A stretch of 64,000 nucleotides of DNA, from contig JBFLZG010000062.1 in NCBI GenBank assembly GCA_040756235.1, forward strand, positions 64,001 to 128,000. The letters are read 5' to 3'. Shown piece after piece: positions 8,617 through 18,214 of this stretch (positions within the stretch are counted from its first letter, which is position 1; every line of letters starts with the position of its first letter). A program made the translations under genes and the position numbers. This DNA comes from a bacterium. GTDB lineage: Bacteria; Desulfobacterota; DSWW01. The notes under the pieces were generated by a model that was not told the origin of the DNA, did not search any database, and saw nothing but the letters and a program-made list of their open reading frames with translations.

Positions 8617-10002
8617 TCAAGTGGGTAGGGGGGTGACGGCGGTCCGAGGCTCGCGGGCCAGCGGACTCTCGGCTGAAGGATGCGCGGGCGTTTGGCCGGA
8701 GGCGGCCGAATCCCCGGTGTCGGGGGTTGCGGGCAGGGTAAAGAAGAAGGTCGCTCCTTCCCCCTTCCGGCTCTTCACCCAGATATCGCCTCGATAACGG
8801 TTGACGATCTCCTTGCAGATGGCCAGCCCGAGCCCTGTCCCTTCCGGCTTGCCCGTCATGTGGTCTTCACAGACCTGATAGAACCGGTCGAAGACCGTAT
8901 CCAGGTTCTTCTCTTCGATCCCGATTCCTTTGTCCGCCACGCTGACCCGCAGCCACTCCCTGGGGTCTCCGGATCGCAAGCCCTGGAACGGCTCGACCCG
9001 GATCAGGATCCTTCCGCCTTCGAAGGAGAACTTGAGGGCGTTGCTCAGCAGGTTCGTCACCACCTGCTGGATCCTGTCGCGGTCCGCAAAGACCGACGGA
9101 AGCGGCTGAGGGACCTCCAGGGAGAGTTGCAGGCGCTTCTGCGAAAGAAGCTGGCCCAGTGCGTCTGCCGCGTCCCGGATGATGTCTCCGAGAGAACAGG
9201 GAGCGTCGTTCCAGATCATCTTGCCGGCGCCGATCCGGCTGAGCTCGAGAACGTCGTTGATGAGGCGCGTGAGCCGCATGGATTCGGAGTGGATGATGCG
9301 CAGGAATTCCCTTTGTGTGGCAGGATCCATCTCGTTGTAATCGAGAAGGATCTCCGAAAAAGAGCGGATCGAGGTGAGCGGAGTGCGGAATTCGTGTGAG
9401 ACCGACGACAGGAAGTGGTCCTTCATCTGGTCCAGCTCGGTGAGCTCCTGGTAAGCCCTTTCCAGGTCCAGGGTCCTTTCTTTGACTCTCTGCTCCAGCA
9501 CGTCGTTGAGGTCCCTGACGGCCTGCGCGGCGGCCTTGCGCTCCTTGACTTCCAGGCGAAGCCGCCGGACCACCGTCTTGAGCGCGGCCGTGCGATCCTT
9601 CACCAGCTCCTGCAGATGGTCCCGATAGTTCTGAAGCTCTTTTTCGGTGTCTTTCTGATTCGTAATGTCCATGAAATTGCCGAGGACCGCACGTGATCCT
9701 CGGTACTCGATGGGCACGACCGTCTCCAAGATCCATTTCGTCTGCTCTCCTTTGGTGATGGTTCGGAACTGATAGGGGGTCAGGGACATTCCTTTGAGCA
9801 TCTCTGCGGCACATCGCCTGACTCGGTCTCTATCCTCCGGTTGAACCATGTCCAGGGAGACGGTGCCCAGGAGATCTTGCGCACTGTAGCCGGAAATTCT
9901 CTCGAATTCGGAATTGACGAACTGGAATCTCTTGTCCTGGATGACGTAGATCCCGATAGGGGAATTGCCGAAGAGCTGCGGGAGGATCTCCTCCATTTCC
10001 AT
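8617..10002 (-). CDS. PAS sensor histidine kinase (HisKA/HATPase_c)
   Basis: PAS domain, coiled coil, VSHEFRTPLTSI, NLLSNALKF, DKGIGI, GTGLGLAI. Confidence 0.93.
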   Translation of the reverse strand: MEMEEILPQLFGNSPIGIYVIQDKRFQFVNSEFERISGYSAQDLLGTVSLDMVQPEDRDRVRRCAAEMLKGMSLTPYQFRTITKGEQTKWILETVVPIEYRGSRAVLGNFMDITNQKDTEKELQNYRDHLQELVKDRTAALKTVVRRLRLEVKERKAAAQAVRDLNDVLEQRVKERTLDLERAYQELTELDQMKDHFLSSVSHEFRTPLTSIRSFSEILLDYNEMDPATQREFLRIIHSESMRLTRLINDVLELSRIGAGKMIWNDAPCSLGDIIRDAADALGQLLSQKRLQLSLEVPQPLPSVFADRDRIQQVVTNLLSNALKFSFEGGRILIRVEPFQGLRSGDPREWLRVSVADKGIGIEEKNLDTVFDRFYQVCEDHMTGKPEGTGLGLAICKEIVNRYRGDIWVKSRKGEGATFFFTLPATPDTGDSAASGQTPAHPSAESPLAREPRTAVTPLPT

Positions 10003-10456
10003 GGTGCTGGCCCTCGTCCGTCGCGGCGTGCTCTTGGAGGTTCGTGACGCTGCGCCCTGCAGTCGTTCCCTGCCTGGCCCTTCGGGATCCGGTCTTCGGT
10101 TGCTTGCGGCGGGATTGGCTGCCGCAGAGTATCCACGGCGGTCCCGGGTCTCGGGACGCTCCAGAAGATCCAGGCATGCTTGCGGCGAGGGCGCACAGAG
10201 CGGGGATGCTTGCCGCTCTGCCTCTGAATCGGTCAACTCTCCGGCAACCTTTAGAAATTTGCACCGCCGGGTGTCATCCGGAAGTCGCAAGTGTCCGATG
10301 GATCAGGATGGGGAAGTCATGAGGGGAAGTCATGAGAGGACGGATTCCCGCGTGATCGTTGCCGCCGAACCGGAAGGGCAAGTCGGTGGGAGCGGACAAC
10401 GGGACCTCGGGGAGCTCCGGACTCGGGCAACCTCCGGGACAGGGAAAGGATAGAGC

Positions 10457-12160
10457 GTGAGCGAGGGGAGCTCTTTCGAAGCTTCGGCAAGGCTCGGCGT
10501 CCGGCTGCTCACCGCCGGCATCTGTCTTTGTCTCTGCTGTTGCGGCGAAACGAAGGGCGGCGGAGAGCCGCGCTATGAGCCGCAGCGTCTCGCCCAGGGG
10601 CTCGCAGGGTTCCGTCGTCTGCCCATGGAGAACGGCTGGCACGAGCAGCGATTCAACGTCATCTCGATGGTGGAATTCGACGGCCGACTGTATGCCGGAA
10701 CACAGAGAAAGCGCGATCTGGAGGCCGACCCTCCGGTGGACGGCGGGTTGGAGGTGCTCTGCATCTGCCCGGAGGGTGACCTGTGGAAGTGGCAGCAGGT
10801 TGCTCCCACGGGCTTCGAAACCGGAAACGGCCTCGGGTTCCACAATTTCAGCGTGACCGGCATGCAGGTCTTCGGAGGCCGCCTTTACGTGGGCACGTGG
10901 AACGATGGGACCGGCGCCGAGCTTTGGCGCACCCGTGCCGGCATCCTCCGCCCGGAGACCCTCGAGGACTGGGAGCGCGTGGACCCGGGATCGTTCTCCG
11001 GGCACGCGGTCACCTCGATGGCCGCGTTCCACGACCACCTCTATGCCGGCATCTTTACGCAACCGGTCCCGATCTTCAGTCCGGGCTGCGCGGTCTGGAG
11101 GAGCGCGGACGGAGAGAGGTGGGCCCGGGTGAGCTTCGACGGCTTCCTGGACCCCTTCAACTCGGACGCGACCACCCTTGTCGTCCACGACGATGGCCTG
11201 TACGTGGGCACGGAGAACGGCTATTTCTACAGCAACCTGCGAGCAGGGACCGGTACGGAAATCTGGCGCACCGGCGGCGCGGACCTGCCCTGGGCCCTGT
11301 TTGACTGGCGCCAGGTCAACCGTGACGGGTTCGGGGTGAATGGCGGCAACGTATTCAACCAGAACACGACCATGATGATCTCCCACAATGGCGTCTTGTA
11401 CGCGGGAACGGACAACGCATACACCGGCGCAGAGTTGTGGCGCTACGACGGAATCGCATGGGAACGGGTCGTCTTCGACTCCAGCCGAACCAGGAACACC
11501 CTGTCCGTGACGTACCATTCCGGCGTGTTGTTCGGTGGGGATCTCTATCTGGGCACGGTGAACCCCTTTACCGGCGGTGAGGTCTGGAAGTGGAACGGGA
11601 GCGTGTGGAGCCGGGTCAATGAGCCCGGGTTTGGCGACGGACACGGAGTTGCCGGCGCTCCGGTCGTGTATGGCGACCGGCTGATCGTCGTAGGCAACGG
11701 CGGGCCCGAGGGCGCAACGCTCTATGCCTTGAGCGGTTCCTACCCCTTGGATCAGGACCGCGACGGCGTTGCGGATGACGGGGACGATTGCCCGACTCTG
11801 GCGAACCCCGCACAAGCGGACCGCGACGGCAACGGAGTCGGAGACGACTGCCAGGACGACGACGCAGACGGGGTGCCCGTGCGCTATGACTGCAACGATC
11901 GCGACAGCGCTGTTCATCCCGGGGCCGGCGACCCCTGCAGCGACGGCGCGGACCGGGATTGCGATGGCAGGGACGCGGGCGGTTGGGAGTGGGATGACGA
12001 CGGCATCGACAGCAACTGCAACAGCTCCGACAACTGCGGGACGGTGCCGGTCGCAGGCCCCGGGCGGGGGACCACGGCCGTGCTGTTCCCCTGGGTTCTT
12101 GCGGCGGTGTTCATCGGCTGCCTGAAGGCCCTGGCACGCCGTTCTTCGCGCATCGGATGA
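10457..12160 (+). CDS. Secreted beta-propeller-like protein with thrombospondin type-3/MopE-like Asp-Cys motifs and a C-terminal membrane anchor
   Basis: Repeated LY(A/V)GT...GxE(L/I/V)WR blades; DRDGVADDGDDCPTLANPAQADRDGNGVGDDC; hydrophobic segment plus Arg-rich tail. Confidence 0.85.
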   Translation: MSEGSSFEASARLGVRLLTAGICLCLCCCGETKGGGEPRYEPQRLAQGLAGFRRLPMENGWHEQRFNVISMVEFDGRLYAGTQRKRDLEADPPVDGGLEVLCICPEGDLWKWQQVAPTGFETGNGLGFHNFSVTGMQVFGGRLYVGTWNDGTGAELWRTRAGILRPETLEDWERVDPGSFSGHAVTSMAAFHDHLYAGIFTQPVPIFSPGCAVWRSADGERWARVSFDGFLDPFNSDATTLVVHDDGLYVGTENGYFYSNLRAGTGTEIWRTGGADLPWALFDWRQVNRDGFGVNGGNVFNQNTTMMISHNGVLYAGTDNAYTGAELWRYDGIAWERVVFDSSRTRNTLSVTYHSGVLFGGDLYLGTVNPFTGGEVWKWNGSVWSRVNEPGFGDGHGVAGAPVVYGDRLIVVGNGGPEGATLYALSGSYPLDQDRDGVADDGDDCPTLANPAQADRDGNGVGDDCQDDDADGVPVRYDCNDRDSAVHPGAGDPCSDGADRDCDGRDAGGWEWDDDGIDSNCNSSDNCGTVPVAGPGRGTTAVLFPWVLAAVFIGCLKALARRSSRIG

Positions 12161-12229
12161 TGGGTGCGCACGAGGAAGGTCGGGGCGGGTTCGGGACGGA
12201 CCATGCGGAAGGCGTGCAATTGATCCTGC

Positions 12230-12928
12230 CTACTCCCCCTTCTGCCTCTCCGGCCGCATGGACCTGAACATCCAGTAAAAGACGAACAGGATCGCCGTGA
12301 ACATGAAGCAGAATCCGATGAAGCGGAGACTTTGCGAAGGGTCCGTCAGGGATATCGCAAGGTCCCCGAGCACCATTCGAGGGTGAAGCAGCAGGTCCCA
12401 GCTGTTGAAACGCCGGAAACGTCCCAGGTACACGCCCACTCCGCTCCCTGCCAGAGTCATCACGACGAACAGCCAGCCCGCGATCCGCCCAAAGAATTCT
12501 TGAACGAGGGACTGCATGGTTCTGAGGGAGGCGACTGCCAGGAAGCAGCCGGTCCAGGCGAAGGCCGCGATCAGACCGATGTCATACCACAGGGGCACCG
12601 GCGGACGATGCTGCAAGTGATAGAAGTCCGTCACCATGTACGGAGCGTTCGGGAAGAAGATCAGCCACAACGCTCCGGGGAACAGCAGGATCCAGCTGCG
12701 CGCGGGGTGCAAGCGGTAGAGATACGCTGCCAGGATGCTGCATCCGTAAGGCAGCCAGGCCAGGAAGAGGTTCCAGATGAGGTTCTTGTAGTAGAGATTG
12801 TAGCTGTAGAAGACCCGAAATAGGTAGAAGCCGCACGCGAGAACGGTGGACAGCAGGATCGGGTAAAAGGACTGAGCTGCCAGGAACCGGTGAATTCGGA
12901 TGTACTTCGCGTCGGCGGACGACTTCAA
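12230..12928 (-). CDS. DUF1361-family membrane protein
   Basis: WNLFLAWLP, WLIFFPNAPYMVTD and GVYLGRFRRFNSWD motifs; multiple TM helices; start uncertain. Confidence 0.88.
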   Translation of the reverse strand: MKSSADAKYIRIHRFLAAQSFYPILLSTVLACGFYLFRVFYSYNLYYKNLIWNLFLAWLPYGCSILAAYLYRLHPARSWILLFPGALWLIFFPNAPYMVTDFYHLQHRPPVPLWYDIGLIAAFAWTGCFLAVASLRTMQSLVQEFFGRIAGWLFVVMTLAGSGVGVYLGRFRRFNSWDLLLHPRMVLGDLAISLTDPSQSLRFIGFCFMFTAILFVFYWMFRSMRPERQKGE

Positions 12929-13281
12929 GAGCTCGATGCCTTCTCAGGGGGTGATCCGGATCAATAGCCTCCCATTGAACGTACCAACGAAGCCCGCGCG
13001 GATCAACGGCGGACCTGTGTGGGTGTCGTGCGATGAGGATCAAAGCAAACGGATTCAGAGACTTGGAACGTTTCCGCGGGGCCGGTACGGGAAACCAATG
13101 ATCGGCCTCCGCATCAGATTTTAAGGGTTGGCGCAAGAATGACTTCGCAGGAGAGGACCTGAACTTCTGGCGCGAACCCTGAGGTCGAGACTGCGCCGGA
13201 CGTCATGGCCGAGCGGCGCGCCGGACAGTTTTTTTGCGCTTTGTGGATCAACGGCTATCATCCAAAAGAGGAGGAAACAAC

Positions 13282-14004
13282 ATGAAGAAAGCCATACTTC
13301 CCGTGGTGCTTTCGGGCGCGTTGCTCGTTGCGGGCGCCGGCATGGCACAGCAGACCGAGCCGGGGCAAGAGCAACAGGGGCAGTCGCAGTCCTGGCAAGG
13401 GTCGCAGGAGCAGACGCAGCCGCAGCAAAGCGGGGCGCCGACCGGGCAGGGCGAGGCAGCTGGGCTTTCCTCGTCGACCGTGCGCCAGCTCCAGCAGGAG
13501 CTGCAGACCAAGGGATACAACCCCGGTCCGATCGATGGGCAATGGGGGCCCAAGACCTCTCAGGCTCTGACGGAATTCCAGCGCTCCGAGGGTCTCAGCC
13601 CGACCGGGAGCCCCGGCCAGGACACGCTTCAAGCATTGGGCATCCAGGAAGGCGGCCAGGGAGTTCGCGGCTACTACGGAGAGGAGGGGCCTGGCAGCCA
13701 GAAGGGCTCCGAGGGCCGCCAGCCCGGGTCGCAGGGCACGCAACCGGAAATCGGGAGCCCTGAACCGGGTTCGCCGAGCGGTGGCCCTGAGAGTAGCGGC
13801 GAACCCACTCAGGGAACGCACGGATACTACCCCCCTGAGGAGCCGGGCTCCCAGCGCAGCGAAGATTTAGGCGGTCAGGGATCGTTCCCGGGGGGATCCG
13901 GCGGCACGGAAAGCGGTACCATGGGCGGCGGGTCGGCGGGCGGCAGCCCCGGATCGGCCGGCAGCGGCGCCGGAGGAGCGGGTGGAGGCGGAGGCGGCAT
14001 GTAG
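13282..14004 (+). CDS. Secreted peptidoglycan-binding (PG_binding_1) protein with Gly/Ser/Gln-rich disordered regions
   Basis: GAGGAGG RBS, signal peptide, VRQLQQELQTKGYNPGPIDGQWGPKTSQALTEFQ. Confidence 0.9.
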   Translation: MKKAILPVVLSGALLVAGAGMAQQTEPGQEQQGQSQSWQGSQEQTQPQQSGAPTGQGEAAGLSSSTVRQLQQELQTKGYNPGPIDGQWGPKTSQALTEFQRSEGLSPTGSPGQDTLQALGIQEGGQGVRGYYGEEGPGSQKGSEGRQPGSQGTQPEIGSPEPGSPSGGPESSGEPTQGTHGYYPPEEPGSQRSEDLGGQGSFPGGSGGTESGTMGGGSAGGSPGSAGSGAGGAGGGGGGM

Positions 14005-14043
14005 GGGCAAGTCCATCACAGCCGCAATTTGGGCCGTATCGAA

Positions 14044-14076
14044 GGAGGGAGGCTTGACGCGCTCCCTCTTTTTTTT
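14044..14076 (+). terminator. Rho-independent terminator
   Basis: GAGGGA...TCCCTC stem followed by 8 T, 40 nt after the stop at 14004. Confidence 0.75.
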
Positions 14077-14323
14077 GGCACGCAGCCGTCCGGGACCTCG
14101 GCGCACGTGGGCGGATGCGAAGGCCCCGCCGACTGCAACCCTAGATCTCGGCCTCGCGTCGGGCCTGCCCGGACGCAGAGCGCACCCGGCGCTCCCGCTC
14201 CCCAGCGGCGGGGACCGTTCCCTGCGGCAGCGTCGGAGCGAATGGGAGCATCGAAATCTTTGGGGGGTGGGGGCTTCGGCCGATGCGGGCCGCGGGTTGG
14301 AGGCAACAACCAGGAGGAATGCA

Positions 14324-15295
14324 ATGGAAAACCAGGAACAGACATCATCCGCGCGGTACGATGTGGCCGTGATCGGAGGAGGGCCGTCCGGTCTGACCGC
14401 AGGGACTCATTGTGCACTGAAGGGGCTGCGGACGGTGGTGTTCGAATGCCAGACCTGGGGGGGAATTCCCACGCGTCTTTGTCCCAGAAAGGATATCGAG
14501 TATTATCCCGGCAAGACGCGGAAGGTGAGCGGCGAGCAGCTGGCGCGGACCTGGCTGAACGGCGCCAGGGAGACCGGGGTCGAGATGAGGTTCGAACGGG
14601 TCCTTCGGATCTGGCCAGACAGGACGATCCGGACCGAGCAGGGTGTGTACGCGGCTTCGACGTTGATATTGGCAACGGGCAGTCGGCCGGTGCCTCTGGG
14701 GGTTCCGGGAGAAGCGAAATATGCCCGCACCGGCAAGGGTGTCTCCTATTCGGTCCTCGATCCCAAGGGCTTTGCCGGCAAGCGGGTCATGGTGGTGGGA
14801 GGCGGCGACTCGGCCGTGGACGCCGCCGCAAGCCTGGTGCGGACGGCCGGACACGTTTCGCTCGTTCACCGCGGGCCGGCGCTGCGGGCCACCACTCCGG
14901 CGCGCAAGAAGCTCGATCATGCGTCGAACTTCGAGCTGCTGCTCGGCACGCACCTGGTGAGGATCCTCGGGGGGGAGCGCGTGGAGCGCGTGCGGCTGCG
15001 TCGAGGCGAAGCCATGGGCCCCAAGGAGGACGAGGCCTTCGAGATGGACGCGGACGAGGTGGTCCTCGCAGTGGGAACGGTTCCGGCCTCGGAGATGTAC
15101 CGGGAGCTGGGCGTCGATCTCGACGAGAAGGGGCACGTGAGGACCGATCGTGCCCAGCGCACGGGCTTGGAGGGAATCCTGGCGGCGGGCGATCTCGCTT
15201 CGGACGTGGAAATGATCGTGGTGGCGCTGGCCCAGGGTGCGATCGCCGCCCATCACGCCTACACGCACCTCAGACGGCCTTACTGGGCCCGGTGA
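14324..15295 (+). CDS. Thioredoxin-reductase-like FAD/NAD(P) oxidoreductase lacking the CxxC motif
   Basis: AGGAGG RBS; GGGPSG, ATG, GGGDSA, GILAAGD; GVSYSVLD where TrxB has GVSYCATCD. Confidence 0.88.
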   Translation: MENQEQTSSARYDVAVIGGGPSGLTAGTHCALKGLRTVVFECQTWGGIPTRLCPRKDIEYYPGKTRKVSGEQLARTWLNGARETGVEMRFERVLRIWPDRTIRTEQGVYAASTLILATGSRPVPLGVPGEAKYARTGKGVSYSVLDPKGFAGKRVMVVGGGDSAVDAAASLVRTAGHVSLVHRGPALRATTPARKKLDHASNFELLLGTHLVRILGGERVERVRLRRGEAMGPKEDEAFEMDADEVVLAVGTVPASEMYRELGVDLDEKGHVRTDRAQRTGLEGILAAGDLASDVEMIVVALAQGAIAAHHAYTHLRRPYWAR

Positions 15296-15308
15296 GGCCG
15301 GGGGGCTC

Positions 15309-16502
15309 ATGACCGCAGGAGCCGTTCTGTTCGGCGCCGGGATCCTGATCGTGCTCGCGCTGCTCTTCGCTCTCGGGCCGTCGGTTGCCGACAGGCTGCT
15401 CAACCGCGTGGGCCGCCCCGGTCCGCATCCTCTGTCGGAGCCGGCCCGGAGCCTGCACCGTCGGCTCCTGGTGGCGGATCTGCATGCCGATTCCCTCTTG
15501 TGGTCTCGAGATCTGCTGGCCCGCAACGCACGTGGGCACGTGGACGTTCCGCGCCTGCTGGAAGGAAACGTGGCTCTCCAGGCGTTCACCATCGTGACCA
15601 AGACGCCGCGCGACATGAACGTCGAGAGCACCTCGAGCGATACGCTGGACCTGACGGCGCTTCTCACGTTCCTGCAGAGGCGGCCGGTGCGCGTGTGGCG
15701 CAGCCCGCTCGAAAGGGCCCTCGACCAGTGTCGCGCCCTGCGCAGGGCGGCAGCGCGCTCCGGGGGGGCGCTCCGCATCATCGAGTCGCGGGGGGACCTC
15801 GAACGCTTCCTCGCGGAGCGCCGCTCCCGGGCAGGGGCGACCGCGGGGTTCCTCGGGGTGGAAGGTCTTCACTGCCTCCAGGGGAGCCTGGAGAACCTGG
15901 AGGTTCTTTATCGGGCCGGCGTGCGCATGATGGGTCTGACGCACTTCTTCGACAACGAAGTGGGCGGGTCGGCGCACGGCCGGCGCAAGGGCGGTCTGAC
16001 GGAGCTCGGCAGGAGGGTGGTCCGCAGGATCGGCGAGCTCGAGGGGATCATCGACCTGGCCCATGCTTCGGTGCGCGTGATCGAGGACGTTCTGGCCATG
16101 ACCCCGCGGCCGGTCCTGGTTTCCCACACGGGGGTGCGGGGGACCTGCGACAACAACCGGAACCTGAGTGACGCCAGCGTTCGTGCGATTGCGTCGGGAG
16201 GCGGGCTGTTGGGCATCGGGTTCTGGAAGGATGCCGCCGGCTCCGCCGAGGTGCGTTCCATCGTCCGGGCGATACGCTACGTGTGCGATCTGGTGGGCGT
16301 CGAGCACGTCGCCCTCGGCTCTGATTTCGACGGCTGCGTGCGCGTTCCCTTCGACGCCTCCGGAATGGGCCTGCTCACGGAGGCACTCGTGTCGGACGGC
16401 TTTCACGAGGAGGAGATCGCACGCATCATGGGGGGCAACGTGGTGCGCTTCCTGCTGGATCATCTGCCGCAAGAGACGGGAACAAACCGACCGCCGCAGT
16501 GA
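15309..16502 (+). CDS. Membrane dipeptidase (peptidase M19)
   Basis: N-terminal TM; DLHAD, GVEG, LTH, DLAH, SHTG, LGSDFDG. Confidence 0.92.
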   Translation: MTAGAVLFGAGILIVLALLFALGPSVADRLLNRVGRPGPHPLSEPARSLHRRLLVADLHADSLLWSRDLLARNARGHVDVPRLLEGNVALQAFTIVTKTPRDMNVESTSSDTLDLTALLTFLQRRPVRVWRSPLERALDQCRALRRAAARSGGALRIIESRGDLERFLAERRSRAGATAGFLGVEGLHCLQGSLENLEVLYRAGVRMMGLTHFFDNEVGGSAHGRRKGGLTELGRRVVRRIGELEGIIDLAHASVRVIEDVLAMTPRPVLVSHTGVRGTCDNNRNLSDASVRAIASGGGLLGIGFWKDAAGSAEVRSIVRAIRYVCDLVGVEHVALGSDFDGCVRVPFDASGMGLLTEALVSDGFHEEEIARIMGGNVVRFLLDHLPQETGTNRPPQ

Positions 16503-16553
16503 CCGGGATGACCCGACCCCGCGGATGGGCGCCTCGGGGGGACAGGCTCCAGC

Positions 16554-16967
16554 CTATTTTTTCTCGAGCTTGACGTCTGCCGCCGACGCCGCGCTCAGGG
16601 GCCGGCCGTCGGGCTCGACGCCGATGCCTTGCAGAGCGAAGGCAACGATCGCGAGATAGTCGCTGTCCTTCAAGCTGCCGGGCTGGTGCAACGGCATGGT
16701 GGTCTTGGAAAAGGTGTACACCTCACCCGCGTTCTTCATTCCGTGGAGACCCTCCGGCCCGGTCAGAGCCTCAGCCTGCATGCCGGCGTGCTCGCCGAAC
16801 TGCTTCGGCACCGTGCCGCCGCGCCCGTCCGGCCCGTGGCAGACGGCGCAGTGAGTCGCGTAGAGGTCCTTGCCCATGGCTGCCTGCTCGACCGTATAGG
16901 CAAGGGCGCGCGCCGCAGCGAGCGACAGAAGGACCAGGGTCGTCGTCAGCAGGGCCTTCTGGTTCAT
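16554..16967 (-). CDS. Periplasmic monoheme cytochrome c
   Basis: Signal peptide, CAVCH, distal TMP methionine ligand. Confidence 0.92.
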   Translation of the reverse strand: MNQKALLTTTLVLLSLAAARALAYTVEQAAMGKDLYATHCAVCHGPDGRGGTVPKQFGEHAGMQAEALTGPEGLHGMKNAGEVYTFSKTTMPLHQPGSLKDSDYLAIVAFALQGIGVEPDGRPLSAASAADVKLEKK

Positions 16968-16990
16968 GCTCTTTTCCCTCCTGCAGCCGA

Positions 16991-18175
16991 TCAGAAGAAG
17001 ACGTGCATCTCGACCATCAATTGATCATAGTTGTCCGACGGCCGCTGGGGAATGCCATTGGCCACCCGGTAGAAGAGCCGGGCCTGGAGGAAGCGGGCAA
17101 GAAAAGCCTCCAGCCCGAGGGAAAATCGGTTGCTCGTATCATCGTTCACGTCGGCATCCGGATCGAACCAGTCGAACGCGAACTTGAGGTTCAGCCAGTC
17201 CCAGGTGAGCAGATTGGCCTCTGTATAGACGACCCGGCGGTCGACCTTGCCTCGGTCGGACGTGAGCTCATGGATGAAATCCGACTCGGCCAGGACGGTC
17301 AGCCTCCAAAGGTTCCATGCGCCGTAAAACCCGAAGAGCGTTCGATTGACCGCGGTATTTCGGGAGAAAGAAGCTCCCAGCATGACGCTCCTCAGCAGGG
17401 GGACTCCGGTGAACAGGTAGGTACCCGAAGCCGTGTACTGCTTGTCCAATCCCTGACCGCCGTCGTCCGTGCCGTCGGTCACCGCAGCGCTCACGAGCAG
17501 CCCCTTCCAGATGAGGCCGCCCTCGGCTCCCACGTCGGAAGTGGAAAAGGTGAAGCCGGTCCGCGAGCGGATGAAGGCTTCGTCGTCCTGGAGTCTGAGG
17601 CCGTAAGGGAGATAGAACTTGCCGCCTTTGAGATAGCCCCCGAGGGGGAGAAATCCGGAGAGGAGACCCATGGCCTCCCGGTTGACGGCGCTCCCCGGCG
17701 CAAAGCTCTCGTCCGCGTAGAGCACGAGCGCTTGTTTGATGAGGTCGACTTCCAGGTAGACCGCCCCCTCATCCACATCGAAGTCGTTCGTGTCCGCCGG
17801 TCTGAAGAGAGTGTTGTTCTCGACGCGACCGCTGCTGTCGGGCGTGTCGCGAAAGGTGGTGGTGTTCGTGACCCGGAGGTCGGCTCCGATGCGGACGGCG
17901 TCGGCGAGCGTGCCGGTCAGAATACTGGTGCGTTCTTCGAGGTCCCGGAACAGGGTCTCCGGGAACTTGAGGTAGGTCTGCGCCAGGCCGTTGAATACGG
18001 CGGTGCGTTTTCCTCCGCCGGTCTTGTTGACGTGGCAATAGCTGCACTTGAGGCCTTCTCGAACGGCCAGATAGGGCTCCGCTGCGAGCTCGGACCCGAG
18101 CAAGATCAAACATGCGAAGCAAAGAGCGGCGCAGTGCGGCGGCGGCCTGAGGCCGCCCTTGGCAGGATTCCTCAT
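16991..18175 (-). CDS. Outer-membrane beta-barrel with an N-terminal heme c motif (cytochrome-porin fusion)
   Basis: Signal peptide, CSYCH about 12 aa into the mature protein, amphipathic beta-strands, C-terminal ...EMHVFF. Confidence 0.8.
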   Translation of the reverse strand: MRNPAKGGLRPPPHCAALCFACLILLGSELAAEPYLAVREGLKCSYCHVNKTGGGKRTAVFNGLAQTYLKFPETLFRDLEERTSILTGTLADAVRIGADLRVTNTTTFRDTPDSSGRVENNTLFRPADTNDFDVDEGAVYLEVDLIKQALVLYADESFAPGSAVNREAMGLLSGFLPLGGYLKGGKFYLPYGLRLQDDEAFIRSRTGFTFSTSDVGAEGGLIWKGLLVSAAVTDGTDDGGQGLDKQYTASGTYLFTGVPLLRSVMLGASFSRNTAVNRTLFGFYGAWNLWRLTVLAESDFIHELTSDRGKVDRRVVYTEANLLTWDWLNLKFAFDWFDPDADVNDDTSNRFSLGLEAFLARFLQARLFYRVANGIPQRPSDNYDQLMVEMHVFF

Positions 18176-18214
18176 GGTCTTTCTCGCTGTGGACGGAGGC
18201 TCGATCGGATCTTC

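Noticed and set aside
13982..14323. Long N-terminal extensions in the ORF track (also 21896, 22315, 43294, 52265, 62257)
   Set aside because: Extensions cross terminators or neighbouring genes; downstream starts have RBSs and match family N-termini
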